Source: Cetorhinus maximus
Taxonomy: Eukaryota
Direction: 5' to 3'
DNA: 64,000 nucleotides
Assembly: GCF_964194155.1 (NCBI RefSeq)
Contig: NC_135880.1
Coordinates: 177,754,001 to 177,818,000 of the forward strand
Shown here: positions 51,701-62,940 of the stretch, piece after piece
How the letters are laid out: the number at the start of each line of letters is the position of its first letter
Position numbering within the stretch: the stretch's first letter is position 1
Position numbers and translations under genes: made by a program
Notes under the pieces: generated by a model
Told to the model about the DNA's origin: nothing
Seen by the model: only the letters and a program-made list of their open reading frames with translations
Database searches by the model: none

Positions 51701-53893
51701 AGGACATAAGGAGGCTACAAAAATATATAAATAGGTTAAGTTAAGTTTAGCCAGACAGTGGTGAATCTGTGGAATTCATTGCCACAGAAGGCTGTGGAGG
51801 CCAGGTCATTGAGTGTATTTAAGACCGAGATAGATAGGTTCTTGATTGGTAAGGGGATCAAAGGTTACGGGGAGAAGGTGGGAGAATGGGGTTGAGAAAC
51901 TTATCAGCCATGATTGAATGGCAGAGCAGACTCGATGGACTGAATGGCCTAATTTCTGCTCCTATGTCTTATGGTCTTATGTCTTAAGTGAGTGGGCAAA
52001 GATCTGGCAAATGGAGTATAATGTGGGCAAATGTGAAATTGTCTATTTTGGCAGGAAGAATAAAAAGGAAGCATGTTATCTTAATAATGAGAGATTGCCA
52101 AGCGCAGATTCACAGGGATCTGGGTGACCGAGAGCATGAATCTCAAAAGGCTATTATGCAGATACAGCAAGAAATCAGGAAAGTTAAGAGAATGTTATTG
52201 TTTATTGTGAGGGCAATTGAATGCAAAAAGTAGGGAGGTTATACTTCAGTTGTACAGGGCACGGGTGAGTCCACATCTGGAATACTGTGTACAACATTGG
52301 TCTGCTTATTTAAGGAAGGATGTTAATACGTTAGAAGCAGTTCAGAGAAAGTTCACTAGACTAATACCTGGAATGGATGAGTTGTCTTATGAGAAAAGGT
52401 TGGGCAGGCTATGCTTGTACCACTGGAGTTTGGAAGAGTAAGAGGCAACTCGATCGAAACCTTTAAGATCCTGAGGGGGCTAGACAGGGTGGATGTGGAG
52501 AGGATGTTTCCTCTTCTGGGCAAATCTAGAACTACGGGTCACTGTTGGGATGGGGAGAATTTTTTTTTCTGAGGGTTGAGAGTCTTTGGAACTCTGCTTC
52601 CACTGCCTTTTGAGGAAGAGAGTCTTTGAATATTTGATAAGCAGAGGGGTGAAAGGTTATTGGGGGTAGGCGGGAGGTTACAGTCAGATCAGCCATGAAA
52701 TTATTGAATGGTGGAGCAGGCTCAAGGGGCCGAATGGCCTACTCCTAATTCAGGAAAGTTAAGAGAATGTTATTGTTTATTGCAAGGGCAATTGAATGCA
52801 AAAAGTAGAGAGGTTATACTTCAGTTGTACAGGGCACGGGTGAGTCCACATCTGGAATATTGTGTACAACATTGGTCTGCTTATTTAAGGAAAGATGTTA
52901 ATACATTAGAAGCAGTTCAGAGAAAGTTCACTAGACTAATACCTACTCCTAATTCATATGTTTGTATGTTCCTATGTGGAGATGGTTAGAGTCTTTCTTG
53001 TTCAAGGTAGTCATTGCCTGGCACTTGTGTGGTATGAATGTTACTTTCTCTAAATCTCAATGCTGTTCATGTTTTGCTGCATGCAAGCCCAGACTGGTTC
53101 ATTATCAGAGGAATCACGAATGGTACTAACCACTACTCGTCAGTGAACACCCTCATGTCTGACCCGATGATAGGAGGAGAGGTCATTGATGAAGCAGCTG
53201 AAGAAAAATAAAGGCAGAGGAGGGGCACTAAGTGAATTGCTCCTTTAGAGGGCTGGCACAGATACAACAGGCTGAATGGCCTCCTTCTGTGCTGTAACCA
53301 TTCCATGATTCTATCCTGTAAGATGGTTGTAGCTGGAACACTACCCTGAGGAACTCCTGTAGCAATGTCATGGGGCTGAGATGATCGGCCTCCAACAGGC
53401 ACAGCCATCCTCCTTTGTGTTCAGTATAGCTCCAGCCGGTGGGGATTATTCCTTTTTACTCGTGATGTGCCAAGAAGGGTTGAGAATAGTCCAAGCTTAT
53501 TTTATCAAAACACTCTGAGCAAGAAGAGGGGACTCCCCTCCTTTGGCTCTGACAAAATTCCAAATTGTTCCCCTGCTATTGAGTGGAGCTATTGGCTCCA
53601 TCCAGCCAACTTCTTCAGACCTTAACTGTCGCCAACTTGTTTATTTTTTTTTAAATGTGGACAAACAGGAAGGTAAGAACATTTCCTGAAGTTTGATAAT
53701 ACTAATGCAATACTAATGCTTTTTTAAAAAAACTCAACTAGATGTGATGAAGATGGTAGAACGAGATGGAAAGGTGGCAGTCAAGGATGGAATGGCTGAG
53801 CTGTTAAAACTGCCACTCATGTGCCATGTCTGCCAGCAGCAACAATCCACCATGCCACAGTTGAAAGATCACTTGAAAAAGCACTTTGCTTGA
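39668..53893 (+). CDS. APTX: Aprataxin (FHA, HIT and C2H2 zinc-finger domains), complete CDS of about 360 aa
   Basis: Exons 39668-39797, 43273-43319, 44172-44534 (end uncertain), 45885-45944, 46085-46311, 48127-48230, 53742-53893. [25 protein letters not shown] (FHA), [11 protein letters not shown] (HIT), CHVC..HLKKH (zinc finger). Confidence 0.96.
39830..40240 (-). mobile_element. Penelope-like endonuclease-region fragment
   Basis: Shares gaggtgctgtttctc..gcttgtgttgagcttc with the inner arm of the 36112-37354 element. Confidence 0.6.
40560..40945 (+). mobile_element. RTE-clade LINE fragment
   Basis: [46 protein letters not shown]. Confidence 0.75.
41640..41920 (+). repeat. C-rich minisatellite (GACCTCACCACCCTACTCCCC-like units) with a poly-C run
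   Basis: Visible tandem units; related C-rich repeats resume at 42595-42870. Confidence 0.85.
43273..43319 (+). CDS. APTX: APTX 47-nt exon
   Basis: [16 protein letters not shown]; cag|TA...CAG|gtatgt. Confidence 0.92.
43302..43377 (+). repeat. 19-bp tandem repeat x4 spanning an APTX splice donor
   Basis: TATGTTCTTGTTAAACAGG, ...AGG, ...AGA, ...AAG. Confidence 0.95.
44172..44534 (+). CDS. APTX: APTX exon (FHA end and linker); 3' boundary uncertain
   Basis: [43 protein letters not shown]...; in-frame donors possible after 44495, 44504 or 44534. Confidence 0.85.
44995..45790. mobile_element. Two head-to-head copies of a tRNA-derived SINE with a LINE-like tail
   Basis: 44995-45385 (-) and 45435-45790 (+) both match 58115-58497. 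Confidence 0.8.
45885..45944 (+). CDS. APTX: APTX 60-nt exon
   Basis: [20 protein letters not shown]|gtact. Confidence 0.92.
46085..46311 (+). CDS. APTX: APTX HIT-domain exon
   Basis: [26 protein letters not shown]...[11 protein letters not shown]. Confidence 0.96.
47120..47980 (-). mobile_element. CR1 3' fragment interrupted by LINE-tail and SINE fragments
   Basis: CR1 tail 47120-47350 resumes at about 47840; LINE tail and SINE pieces between 47365 and 47835. Confidence 0.7.
48127..48230 (+). CDS. APTX: APTX exon with the histidine triad
   Basis: [34 protein letters not shown]. Confidence 0.96.
48295..48760 (+). mobile_element. Full-length tRNA-derived SINE with Deu-domain-like core (SacSINE1-like)
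   Basis: Pol III box A/B head; core gagatgttaaaccgagg...ggggagttct.cccggtgtcct...attgctgtttgtgggagcttg; further copies at about 13500, 27470, 38712, 46530 and 59950. Confidence 0.75.
48795..49033. mobile_element. Short fold-back Penelope-derived element with 12-bp TSD
   Basis: CTGAAAGACTGT at 48783-48794 and 49034-49045; inverted arms centred on AGAGCTCT (48928-48935). Confidence 0.88.
50030..52980 (+). mobile_element. CR1-type LINE ORF2 remnant with several nested insertions
   Basis: [43 protein letters not shown]; 3' tail at about 52960-52980. Confidence 0.88.
50165..50673. mobile_element. Fold-back Penelope-derived element with 12-bp TSD, nested in CR1
   Basis: GAGGAGTTAACA at 50153-50164 and 50674-50685; inverted arms each carry the hammerhead-like motif. 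Confidence 0.88.
53742..53893 (+). CDS. APTX: APTX last exon (zinc finger)
   Basis: [49 protein letters not shown]. Confidence 0.94.
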
Positions 53894-54468
53894 AAGGTTC
53901 GGCTGTCCCCAATGCGTCTGCGAGTATCCCCAACGACCTTGACTCAATGGATTTCTGTTCAGTATTCAGCTGTAGGTTAACGAGAGCCATTCGTTAGTGG
54001 CGGAATTGACCAATGAAGAATGATGAAGCATTCTGATGAAATACCGCCCCCCTCCCCCTCCCCCTCTTCCCCCACTGTTGTGCACTTGCCTTGTAACCTT
54101 GCTAAATAACAAAACTCTGTTATCTGCTGACAATATTCTGCTGTTTCACTGGGGGACTGTTGGTATTCAACGGAAGACTGTTTTACATTGTTGTTTTTAA
54201 CCTTCAGCTACCTTTAGAATGTGATGGATAAGTCAAACAGAAATTATTCCAGTGCTGTAGCCAAAGTTACATACCATATTTAGACCATTACAACACTGGT
54301 AAACACAAGTTATCTAAATCAGCCCCATCTCCCAGAATGGGAGAAGTAACAATTCCTGTATTGTCAGGGAGGATGAAGAGAGAGAGTTCTAAACTTATGG
54401 TTCCAGGAAATGCATCCACGTGTCAATTATGCTTGCTGACACAATGTGTTGAAAACAGTTGTTAGATT

Positions 54469-54489
54469 AATAAATTTAATTTGAATAAA
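54469..54489 (+). terminator. Candidate APTX polyadenylation signals
   Basis: AATAAA at 54469-54474 and 54484-54489. Confidence 0.55.
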
Positions 54490-54999
54490 GTTTAACAGGT
54501 TAATACATCGCAGTTGATTTAGAGAAAAAAATTGCACCTGAAACTGGAATAGTACAATCTATCCTAGTAGAAGGGAAAGGATGTGATTTAATTTAATTTA
54601 ATCTAATTTGTGTTAATTTGGTTACAAAAGATAAATTCAAAAATTCTAATTTTCTGAACATTTGAGGATATGGTTATTTTATTAAAAGAGCATCATTCAT
54701 TATCGATGTGTAATGTATGTACAGGTATTTTTGCCCACCCAAGTCCCTGCTATAACTCTTCAGCAGTCTTTGACCTAAACTACTCTTCTGCTGCTGTCTC
54801 GGGCTTGACTCCCTCCAAAATAAACCTACAGCTGCCCTCTGTGTTGCTCTTGGCATCCTCCGAATGGCTGATTGAGGTACTTGGCGCTGACTAATAATGA
54901 GCAGTGACACTCAACTACCTCTTCCTAAGCTCTCGTTGACCTTCCCACCCAGTTCTTACCCCCCCCCCCAAAAACCCTATCACCAATCCTGGGGGGAAA

Positions 55000-56460
55000 A
55001 AGAAGTCCCAATTCACTTACAACTGCATTTTCAAAATCCCAGCTGTTTAACCTTTGACTTTCCACAACATTTTTATCGTGACTGATTTGCTCAACAGCAC
55101 CTTCACCTCCACCTTTGAAGCTCCTGCTGAAACCATTGCTCTCTCTCACCCTGGCCATTCTCCCTGATTTAGTTCTCATCTCCGCTCCCTTAAGTCCAAG
55201 GGATGCAGGCTTGAATGGATATGGCAGACAACTTGCTTAGCCATTTACCATCATATCTTGTGGGACCACCAGCAGCACTATCGAGGCCCTGCTCCTGTCT
55301 GCTAAAGCTGCTCACTGTCCCAGGATAATGCTGGAATGCAGAGGTAATCCTGGCTTCTTTACTGCAAACCATCGTAAATCCCTGTCCTCCACCCTAACCT
55401 CTTACAAGAAGTGTGAGGAGCCTGTGGATTTCTTTTGCCACTAAGATTGTGGCTATCTTCCCCTAGCCCACGAAGCCAAACTTTCTCTAAAGTTCCCACT
55501 GTCCTGACCCTGAGCTTGCGTCATTCTCTAGTTTCTGTCCTATCTCCCAACATACCTTCTCTGAGTTCATTGTGTCCACAACACCCACCTCACGCTTCCT
55601 CAACCCTATTCCAGCTTCATGATCACCCAACTTTCCCTCCCAGCTCCATTGTTAGATGATGGTGTTAATGGTTTTCTCTCTTCAGGTACTGATGTTCTCT
55701 TTCAAATTTGCTGTCATCACTCCTCTCCTCAAAAGAAAACTCTTGACCACCCCCCTCAACCTTGCAAGCTACCAACTTCCCTTTCCTCTCCAAAGTCCTT
55801 GAGCATGTTGTTGCATCCTAAATCTGTGCCCATCTTTCCTGGAACCCCTTGTGCGAATCCCTCCAATCAGGTTTGCCCCTGCCACTGTACTGAAATGGCT
55901 CTTTTCAAATTCACAAATGACACCCTGTGTGACAATTACAAAGGTAAACTGTTCTTCCTCACCCTTCTTGAATTGTCTGCAGCCTTTGACATACCATCCA
56001 CCCACAACGCCTCTCCACTGTCGTCCAGCTGGGTTGGACTGTACTCCTGGTTTCATTCTTATCTAATCGTAGCCAGAGAATCACCACCCTCCCACACTGT
56101 TACTTCTAGTGCCTCCAAAGGATCGATTCTTGCCCACCTTCTATATTGCACCTACATCCTACCTCTTGGAAACATCATTTGAAAACATAGCATCAGTTTT
56201 CACATATATGCTGATGATACACAGCTGTACCTCACCACCACATTTCTTGTCCCTCCATTGTTTCCAAATTATCAAACTGCTTGTCAAACACCCAGTACTG
56301 GATGAGCAGAAATTTCCTCCAATTAAATATTGGGAAGACTGAAACCATTGTCTTTGGTTCCCCACTACAAGCTCTATTCCCCAGGCACCGAGTCTCTCTC
56401 TCTCTTCCTGGCATCTCTCTGAGGCTAAACCAGACTATTTGCAACCTTTATTACATTTGA
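55000..56460 (+). mobile_element. L2-clade LINE fragment
   Basis: CHCTEMALFKFTND..LLELSAAFD, KGSILAHLL, FHIYADDTQLY. Confidence 0.8.
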
Positions 56461-56785
56461 CTAAACAACCAAACAAAGTAGGCAGCAGCCATTCTCGGGT
56501 TTGTTGCTCATGGCAATGCCTTGACCAACCAGAGTCAACCTGCCTGGTTTCAATTTAAACACAGCTTGGCAGTTCACTGTCAGTTATCAGTTAACTCCAT
56601 GGCAACACCCCTACTAATCAGAGTCCATTTGCCAACCAATTGACACTCTCTTGCAGTATAAATTGTTGTTCCCTGTACAATTTGGTATTCTTGCAAATTG
56701 TCCTGATGAGTTCAAGATGAAAAGCTTTGACAGCATGTCTTTTTTTCAGCAACACTCAAGTTCTGTACCTCCGAACAACTATATG
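56460..56785 (+). mobile_element. Penelope terminal-repeat copy, same family as 3525-3800
   Basis: Reverse-complement match to 3525-3800, including gtcCTGATGAgttcaagatGAAAagctttgac. Confidence 0.8.
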
Positions 56786-58114
56786 TTTTATGTTAAATAT
56801 GCTATATAAATACAAGTTGTTATTTGTATTTGCTGATTGAGATGTTGAATTTCTAAATTCCCCTGGTAATCTAATGGCTAAAGGAACTGGTGGTATGGCA
56901 CTGCACCACACACAGCAGAAAGATCCAATTGAATTTCTGGTTTGTGTTTCCTAATGTAACTCATGGCAGCTGGAGCAGCAGTCGAAGCACTGCAAGTGAT
57001 TCTGGGTCAGGCTTTTTGAGCATGTATGGACATCCAGTGAAGACAGGCTTGTACAATTCCCCTCACAGCAAAAGCACCTCCTGACATTTTGTCTTTAAAC
57101 TTGCAGTTTTGCCAGTTCAGATCTGGCAGGCACTGCCTAGAAGGGTGATGGAAGCAGACTCACTATTGGTTTCAAAAAGGAATTGGAAAAATATTTGAAG
57201 GGGAAATGATTACAGGGCTATGGGGGGAATGGGACTAATCGGCAACTCTTTCATAGAGTTTGGATAAACGTGATGGGCTGAATGGCCTCCTATACTGTAT
57301 CAATCTGTGATAACTCATAGACCTCTTTCATGATCATCAAGTTCTCTACTGGAGTTTCATTTAAGACTCGTCATTTTTTTTGCTGTCATAACCAATGCTT
57401 CGTTATCACTCTGACACCCAGTTACCTTTCTATTTTCCATTCGTACTTATAAAGTGTCTTTAGCCTAGAAAAATGTCCCACGGTGTTTCTCTGAAAGGGG
57501 CATATGATAAAGAATGGAAGCAAAGAGGGAGATAGTAGGAATGGGCTACCAAAAATTTGGTCACATTTTTAAGGAAGGTGGATGGGTTTAGGGAGGGAAT
57601 TCCAGAGCTTTGTACCTACCTGGCTACCAGTAGCTGGGTGAAGGAAGAGGTTGCATAGGAGACTAGAGTCAGAGAAATTGAGAGTTTTGGCTGGGGTGGT
57701 GATTATAGGATCGCTTGGAAATGGGGAGGCGAAAGAGGTGTTTAAAAAGAGAATATTAAATTGTGGTGGAGTGGTTTGAGGATGGTGTGATGGCTGAGCA
57801 GGATTTGGTGCAAGATAAGATACTGGTAACAAGAGGTTTAGGTGAGCCAATGTTTTTGGAGGATGATAGGCCTGTCTGGAGAGCTTTGGAATAGTCAGGT
57901 TTAGAAACAAAGGCAGAAGTGAAGATTTTAGTGGCAGGCCAGTGCCTCAAAAGTGGGAAGAGAAGCCGTTGGTTGAGGTGGCTATGACTGGACAAGAGTA
58001 CAACCAAATGAAAGTAGTTCCAATGAGTTAATTAAGAGAGAGAAGTAACTGAAGAGGTTACAGAGATGAGGAGAGATAGATAATTTATCACTATGTCACA
58101 CAATGTAATTAATT

Positions 58115-58497
58115 GGGGGAGATGATGGCATAGTGGTAACATCACTAGAGTAGTAATCCATAGGCCCAGGTTAATGCTGTGGGGACGTTGGTTCAAATTG
58201 CACCACAGCAGTTGGTGAAAATTCAATTCAATTAATAAATCTAGTCTCAGTAATAGTGACCATGAAACTATCATCGATTGTTGTAAAACCCATCCGGTTC
58301 ACTAATATGCCTTTAGGGAAGGAAATCTGCCATCCTTCCCTGGTCTGGCCTACATGTGACTCCAGACTCACAGCGATGTGGCTGATTCTTAACTGCCCTC
58401 TGAAATGGCTCAGCAAACCACTCAGTTCAAGGTCAATTAGGGACAGGCAACAAACGCTGGCCCCACCAGCTAAGTCCACATCCCATGAAAGAATAAA
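58115..58497 (+). mobile_element. Full-length tRNA-derived SINE with LINE-derived 3' tail
   Basis: Box A tggcatagtgg, box B ggttcaaattg, core cccatccggttcactaat..tttagggaaggaaatctgcc, tail shared with the LINE at 28330. Confidence 0.8.
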
Positions 58498-59059
58498 GAG
58501 ACAAATAATTTTGGTTTGGAACACTTCACAGCTGTCGAAGGCCCAATTGCAGAATATCAAATGGGTTTGCAGAAGAGGGCCACAAATCTAAGAGGCCATG
58601 TTCAGTAATTATGGAGAGAAAAACAAGTTTGGAGGTGGGTCAATAGTTTGAAGAACAGGGTGGCCAAGGGTGTTTTTTTTAAATTCTTTCATAGGATGTT
58701 GGTGTTGCTGGCAAAGTAATTGCTCTTGAGACGATGGGGTGAGCCAACTGCTTGAACTGCTGCAGTCCATGTGGTGCAGATATTCTGAGAAATGGACGAC
58801 AATGGCTGTTTTGAAGGGGTGGTGGGGCTTGGGGGCAGGGGGTTGTGTGGAACAGGTTCTGAGACTGGGAGTGAAGGGAGAAAGGAATGGGTCGTGGACA
58901 AAGTTAACTCAAAATGGGCGTGGGGGAAGATAAGAGGGGAAAACTAGAGGGAGTTAGGGGTTCAAAACTAAGGTGTCTGAAGGAAGTTTGAGTTGGAGAT
59001 CAGGGGTGGTGGTGGTTGGTGTTAGAGGGGGCTGCCTGCCGATGCAGTCAAACAAGGTT

Positions 59060-59515
59060 TTGTCGACTCGTTCCTGGGATGAGGGGTTTATCTTTTGAAG
59101 AAAGATTGAACAGTTTGTGTCTATACCCATTGGAGTTTAGAAAATGAGAGGTGATCTTATTGAAACAAGGTCCTGAAGGGACTGGATAGGACAGATACCA
59201 GGAGGATGTTTCAACTTGTGGGAGACACTAGAACCAGGGGACACAGTTTAAGAATAAAAGGTCTACCGTTTAAGATGAAGATGAGGAGAAACTTTTTCTC
59301 TCAAAGGGACGTTAGTATGCAGGATTATCTTCCCCTGAAAGCAGCGGAGGGTGGGTCATTGAATTTATTCAAGACTGAGTTAGATTTTTGATAGACAAGG
59401 GTTATGGAGAGCAGACAGGAAAGTGGAGTTGTGACCACAACCAGATCAGCCATCATATTGAATGGTGGAGCAGGCTCAAAGGGCTGAATGACCTACTCCT
59501 CCTAGGTCCCATGTT
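59060..59515 (+). mobile_element. CR1-type 3' fragment
   Basis: RTRGHSLRIKG..MRRNFFSQR and CR1 tail. Confidence 0.85.
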
Positions 59516-60209
59516 CCAAACAGGTATCTCCTATCTTGGAAATGTATGAGCGTCAACAAAATGAATCTAACCTTTCTGAATCTGGTTGTGTGGCTCCATA
59601 TTACTGTATTGGTTCTGCATCTCTTTTTTGGTATCATCTGCAAACTCCAAGACATTACATGCAGGTAAACCTCCAAAATAATTAATTTATTCAAAATATC
59701 AAGTGCCCCAAGACCCGTTAATCTCATTTGTAACTACTCTCCAGACTGAAAGTTGCACTCTTACATGTGCTGTGAACAAGGGCAATTAGGGATGGGCAAT
59801 AAATGTTGGCCTATCCAGTGACGCCCACATCCCATGAATGAATGAATTAATTTGTACCATCCCTGTGGCCCTGTTTTTAAAAACACAATGCACCCAGACT
59901 TATTTGCTACTCCCTAACTGACTTGTATTTCATGTACTTCAAGGACGACCAAGGGAGTTCTCTAGTGTCCTGGCTAATCTATACCCCCAACCATCACTAA
60001 AGCAGATGATTTGGCCATTGCTGTTTGTGGGAGCTTGCTGTGCGCAAATGAGCTGGCGAACTTCCCACCTTACGACAGTGACTGGGCTGCTGAACAGTAC
60101 TTCACTGGCCGTGAAGCGCCTTGAGACCTCCTGAAATTGTGAAAGGCGCTATAGAAATGCAAGCCTTTCTTACCTTAACCATTAATTATCGTCGCGATCA
60201 GTGCCAATA

Positions 60210-60229
60210 CATATATATATATATATATA
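60210..60229. repeat. (TA)n microsatellite
   Basis: atatatatatatatatat. Confidence 0.8.
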
Positions 60230-60599
60230 AATACTTTCTGAAAAGTCTCGGATGTGGTAACTGCGGTTCGTTTGTCTGCTGTCTCCATTAGGTCAGCAGG
60301 ACTCCCTTTTCCCCCGGGTTCAGGTGCTGATATCCTCCAAATGCCATCCGAGTTCTCAAAATAGTTTCAAAGACCACACCCCCCCCACCCCCAACTCCTC
60401 AGTTGGAGAGAGGAAGGTTCATGATGCACCTGCACATCTGCACTAATCCGTTTGAACGAAATCATCTTCAGCAATTTAATGTACCCACCACCCCCCCCCG
60501 CCCTCCTCTCATTACATTTGGATATAAAAAAAATAAATCTCGTGTGGAGTGGGCTTCCGAACATTACGAGACAGTGTAACTGGTAAACTTCCAGTTCAG

Positions 60600-60740
60600 G
60601 ATGGGACGTCAGCCACTTCATTCATCATCAAAACCCAACTTGGACAGAAGGAGTCTCAGATCAACGTGTAATATGACTTGATAATGGCCCCGCTGTCTGA
60701 CGCCCATAGTAACAGCAAAAACAAAGGCTATAAAAAGGTA
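60600..60740 (+). promoter_or_regulatory. Candidate promoter of the actin-like gene
   Basis: TATAAAA at 60729-60735, CRE-like GACGTCA near 60605 and TGACG near 60698, RFX half-site-like CATAGTAAC near 60705. Confidence 0.45.
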
Positions 60741-60850
60741 ATAATCGGGAGAGAAACAGCATTGTTATCCCATCTTAATAACGAAAGGCAGCCACTGAAG
60801 GGGCTGGTTTGTTTTGCAAATGTAAGGAAATAATCGAAACAGAAACAGCC

Positions 60851-62116
60851 ATGAAATCATCAAATTCACAGCTTCGGAAATGTTCCTTACCGGTGGGGGT
60901 TCTGTGCAGGAAATTCCCCTCGAATACCAGTCAGTCCGCGAGATCAGAGCCCAGGATGCCATCCTTGTCCTCAATAGACAGTCTGAGCATCCATCCTGCC
61001 AGGGTGGTCAAGGAGGTCAGGGCACTGGTGATTGACATGGGCACGGGCTATTTCAAAGCAGGGTATGGTGGCCATGCCAGGCCTTCAATCGTCATCTCTT
61101 CTACGGTGGGTAGGCCCATGCAACGAAGTGCCAAGACCGGTGACAACCGGCAGGAGAACTACGTGGGCAGTGAGTTGAGAACCCCCATGGAGCTGCGGCT
61201 CATTAACCCCCTCCGGCATGGCATCGTGGTGGACTGGAATGGCGCCGAGGCTATCCTGTCCTACATCTTCGAGAAAGAGCTGAAGGTGCGGCCGGAAGAC
61301 CACGCTGTGATGGTGGCTGACCCGCCCCTCAGCCCCGTCACCAACCGCGAGAGGATGGCCGAGCTCCTCTTTGAGACCTTCAGCATCCCGGCCATTCACA
61401 TCACCAGGCAGTCACTGCTGTCCATCTATGCCTATGGGTGCACCAGTGGGTTGGTGGTAGAGAGCGGCCATGGCTCATCTTGTGTGGTCCCCATCCATGA
61501 AGGCTACATTATGCCCCACATCACTGCCAGCGTCGACTATGCAGGAAGCGACCTCACCAAGTACTTGCTAAAACTCATCAACCAGAGTGGGCACATGATT
61601 TGTGCCAGTGAGTATCACCTGTTGGAGCAAATCAAACAGGAGTACTGTTACACAGCCATTGACTTTGACAGTGAGATGCGGAGTGAGACCAAAGAGTACA
61701 CGGCACACTATGAGCTGCCAGATGGTAAGATTATCACAATCGGCAAGGAAAGGATCAAATGCCCCGAGGCCCTCTTCAATCCATCACTCATGGGTTCCAG
61801 GGAGGCCGGGCTGCACACAGTGGCTCTGAACATCATCAATAAATGTGACTGTAGCCTGCTAGAGGAAATGTACAAAAACATCCTACTCTGTGGAGGCTCG
61901 ACCATGTTCTCCGGATTCCGTGTTCGTTTCCAGAAGGAATTAAGGAAACTGGCACAGGATATGAACCCACAAGTGCAAGCAATTCCTGAGAGGAGATACT
62001 CAGTCTGGTATGGAGGGTCAATCCTATCCTGCCTCAAATCCTTCCAACAACTTTGGGTTAGCAAAAAGGATTATGATGAGCGTGGACCATTGGCTATCTA
62101 TAGGAAATGTTTCTGA
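60851..62116 (+). CDS. ACTL7A: Intronless actin-like protein 7A-like (actin-related protein, 421 aa from GCCATG)
   Basis: Intact single-exon ORF with actin fold motifs (VIDMGTGYFKAG, YELPDG, LCGGSTMFSGF, PERRYSVWYGGSIL, ...IYRKCF). The segment STVGRP..SAKTGDNRQENYVG resembles mammalian ACTL7A as recalled. AATAAA at 62229. Exact 7A versus 7B/9 orthology needs a phylogeny. Confidence 0.85.
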   Translation: MKSSNSQLRKCSLPVGVLCRKFPSNTSQSARSEPRMPSLSSIDSLSIHPARVVKEVRALVIDMGTGYFKAGYGGHARPSIVISSTVGRPMQRSAKTGDNRQENYVGSELRTPMELRLINPLRHGIVVDWNGAEAILSYIFEKELKVRPEDHAVMVADPPLSPVTNRERMAELLFETFSIPAIHITRQSLLSIYAYGCTSGLVVESGHGSSCVVPIHEGYIMPHITASVDYAGSDLTKYLLKLINQSGHMICASEYHLLEQIKQEYCYTAIDFDSEMRSETKEYTAHYELPDGKIITIGKERIKCPEALFNPSLMGSREAGLHTVALNIINKCDCSLLEEMYKNILLCGGSTMFSGFRVRFQKELRKLAQDMNPQVQAIPERRYSVWYGGSILSCLKSFQQLWVSKKDYDERGPLAIYRKCF

Positions 62117-62369
62117 AGCTGAAGTTTTAAACATTTGTGACTTTTAAAAAAAAATGCAATGCTGATTTCCATTGTTGAATGTAACTTAAATTAATTGGAG
62201 AAAAACTGGTTTAAAACTATGGAAACATAATAAAGCCTTATAATTCGTGTGATTATTGAAATGGATGATCATGGAGGTTATGTGATTAAAAATAAGGTAG
62301 ATACCATTTTGTCACATGGATTCCCATTGGAATCTGTTGACTTCGGTTAACAGGACTGTGGGCTGGGCA

Positions 62370-62590
62370 TAGGGTTGCCAACTGTGATTAAATGTATTCC
62401 TGGAGGTTTCATCACATGACTTGCCCCCATGCTCCAGCCATTAGTCGGCCAACACATCCATCCTCGTGACGTACTGCCTTCCGACGCCAATTGGAAAGCA
62501 AAAGGACTCATTACCCAGTTGGATGATGCTCTGGCAGTGTTTACAGCCTCTGACATCGTGAGTTTGTGCTTTCCAATTAAATATTTTTGT
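62370..62590 (+). repeat. MITE-like interspersed repeat, copy of 27130-27330
   Basis: Reverse-complement homology to 27130-27330. Confidence 0.7.
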
Positions 62591-62940
62591 ACTTCACTAG
62601 TGCCTTCTGGAAAGCTACTGAATTCCAGTCCCCACTATTGTTTAAACTTTTCAAATGCCTCTATGACATCACTAGCTTCCCAATTCATCACGGGCTGGAG
62701 CTGTATATGTTTATTGCTATAGGGCAGTCATTTAATTTTTTGCACACTTCACTCGGTTTTTCTCTCTCTGGCACTAATTCGGGTTGATTTTTCAATCTAA
62801 TTCAGCATTAAATTTGTTTAAAATATTTGGGTTTTTACTCACAAACAACCCCGTCTTCTAGTTCCCAGAATTCAAACTAATCAAATTTTTAGACTCAAAA
62901 TGTTGGAGCTTTATTGAGTGTATTTGTTGCATCTCTCCAT

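Noticed and set aside
60809-60850. ORF-track start of the actin-like gene
   Set aside because: Starts at TTG; the first ATG in good context is at 60851.
61085-62064. Antisense and alternate-frame ORFs over the actin-like gene
   Set aside because: Shadow ORFs of a GC-rich coding region with no independent motifs.
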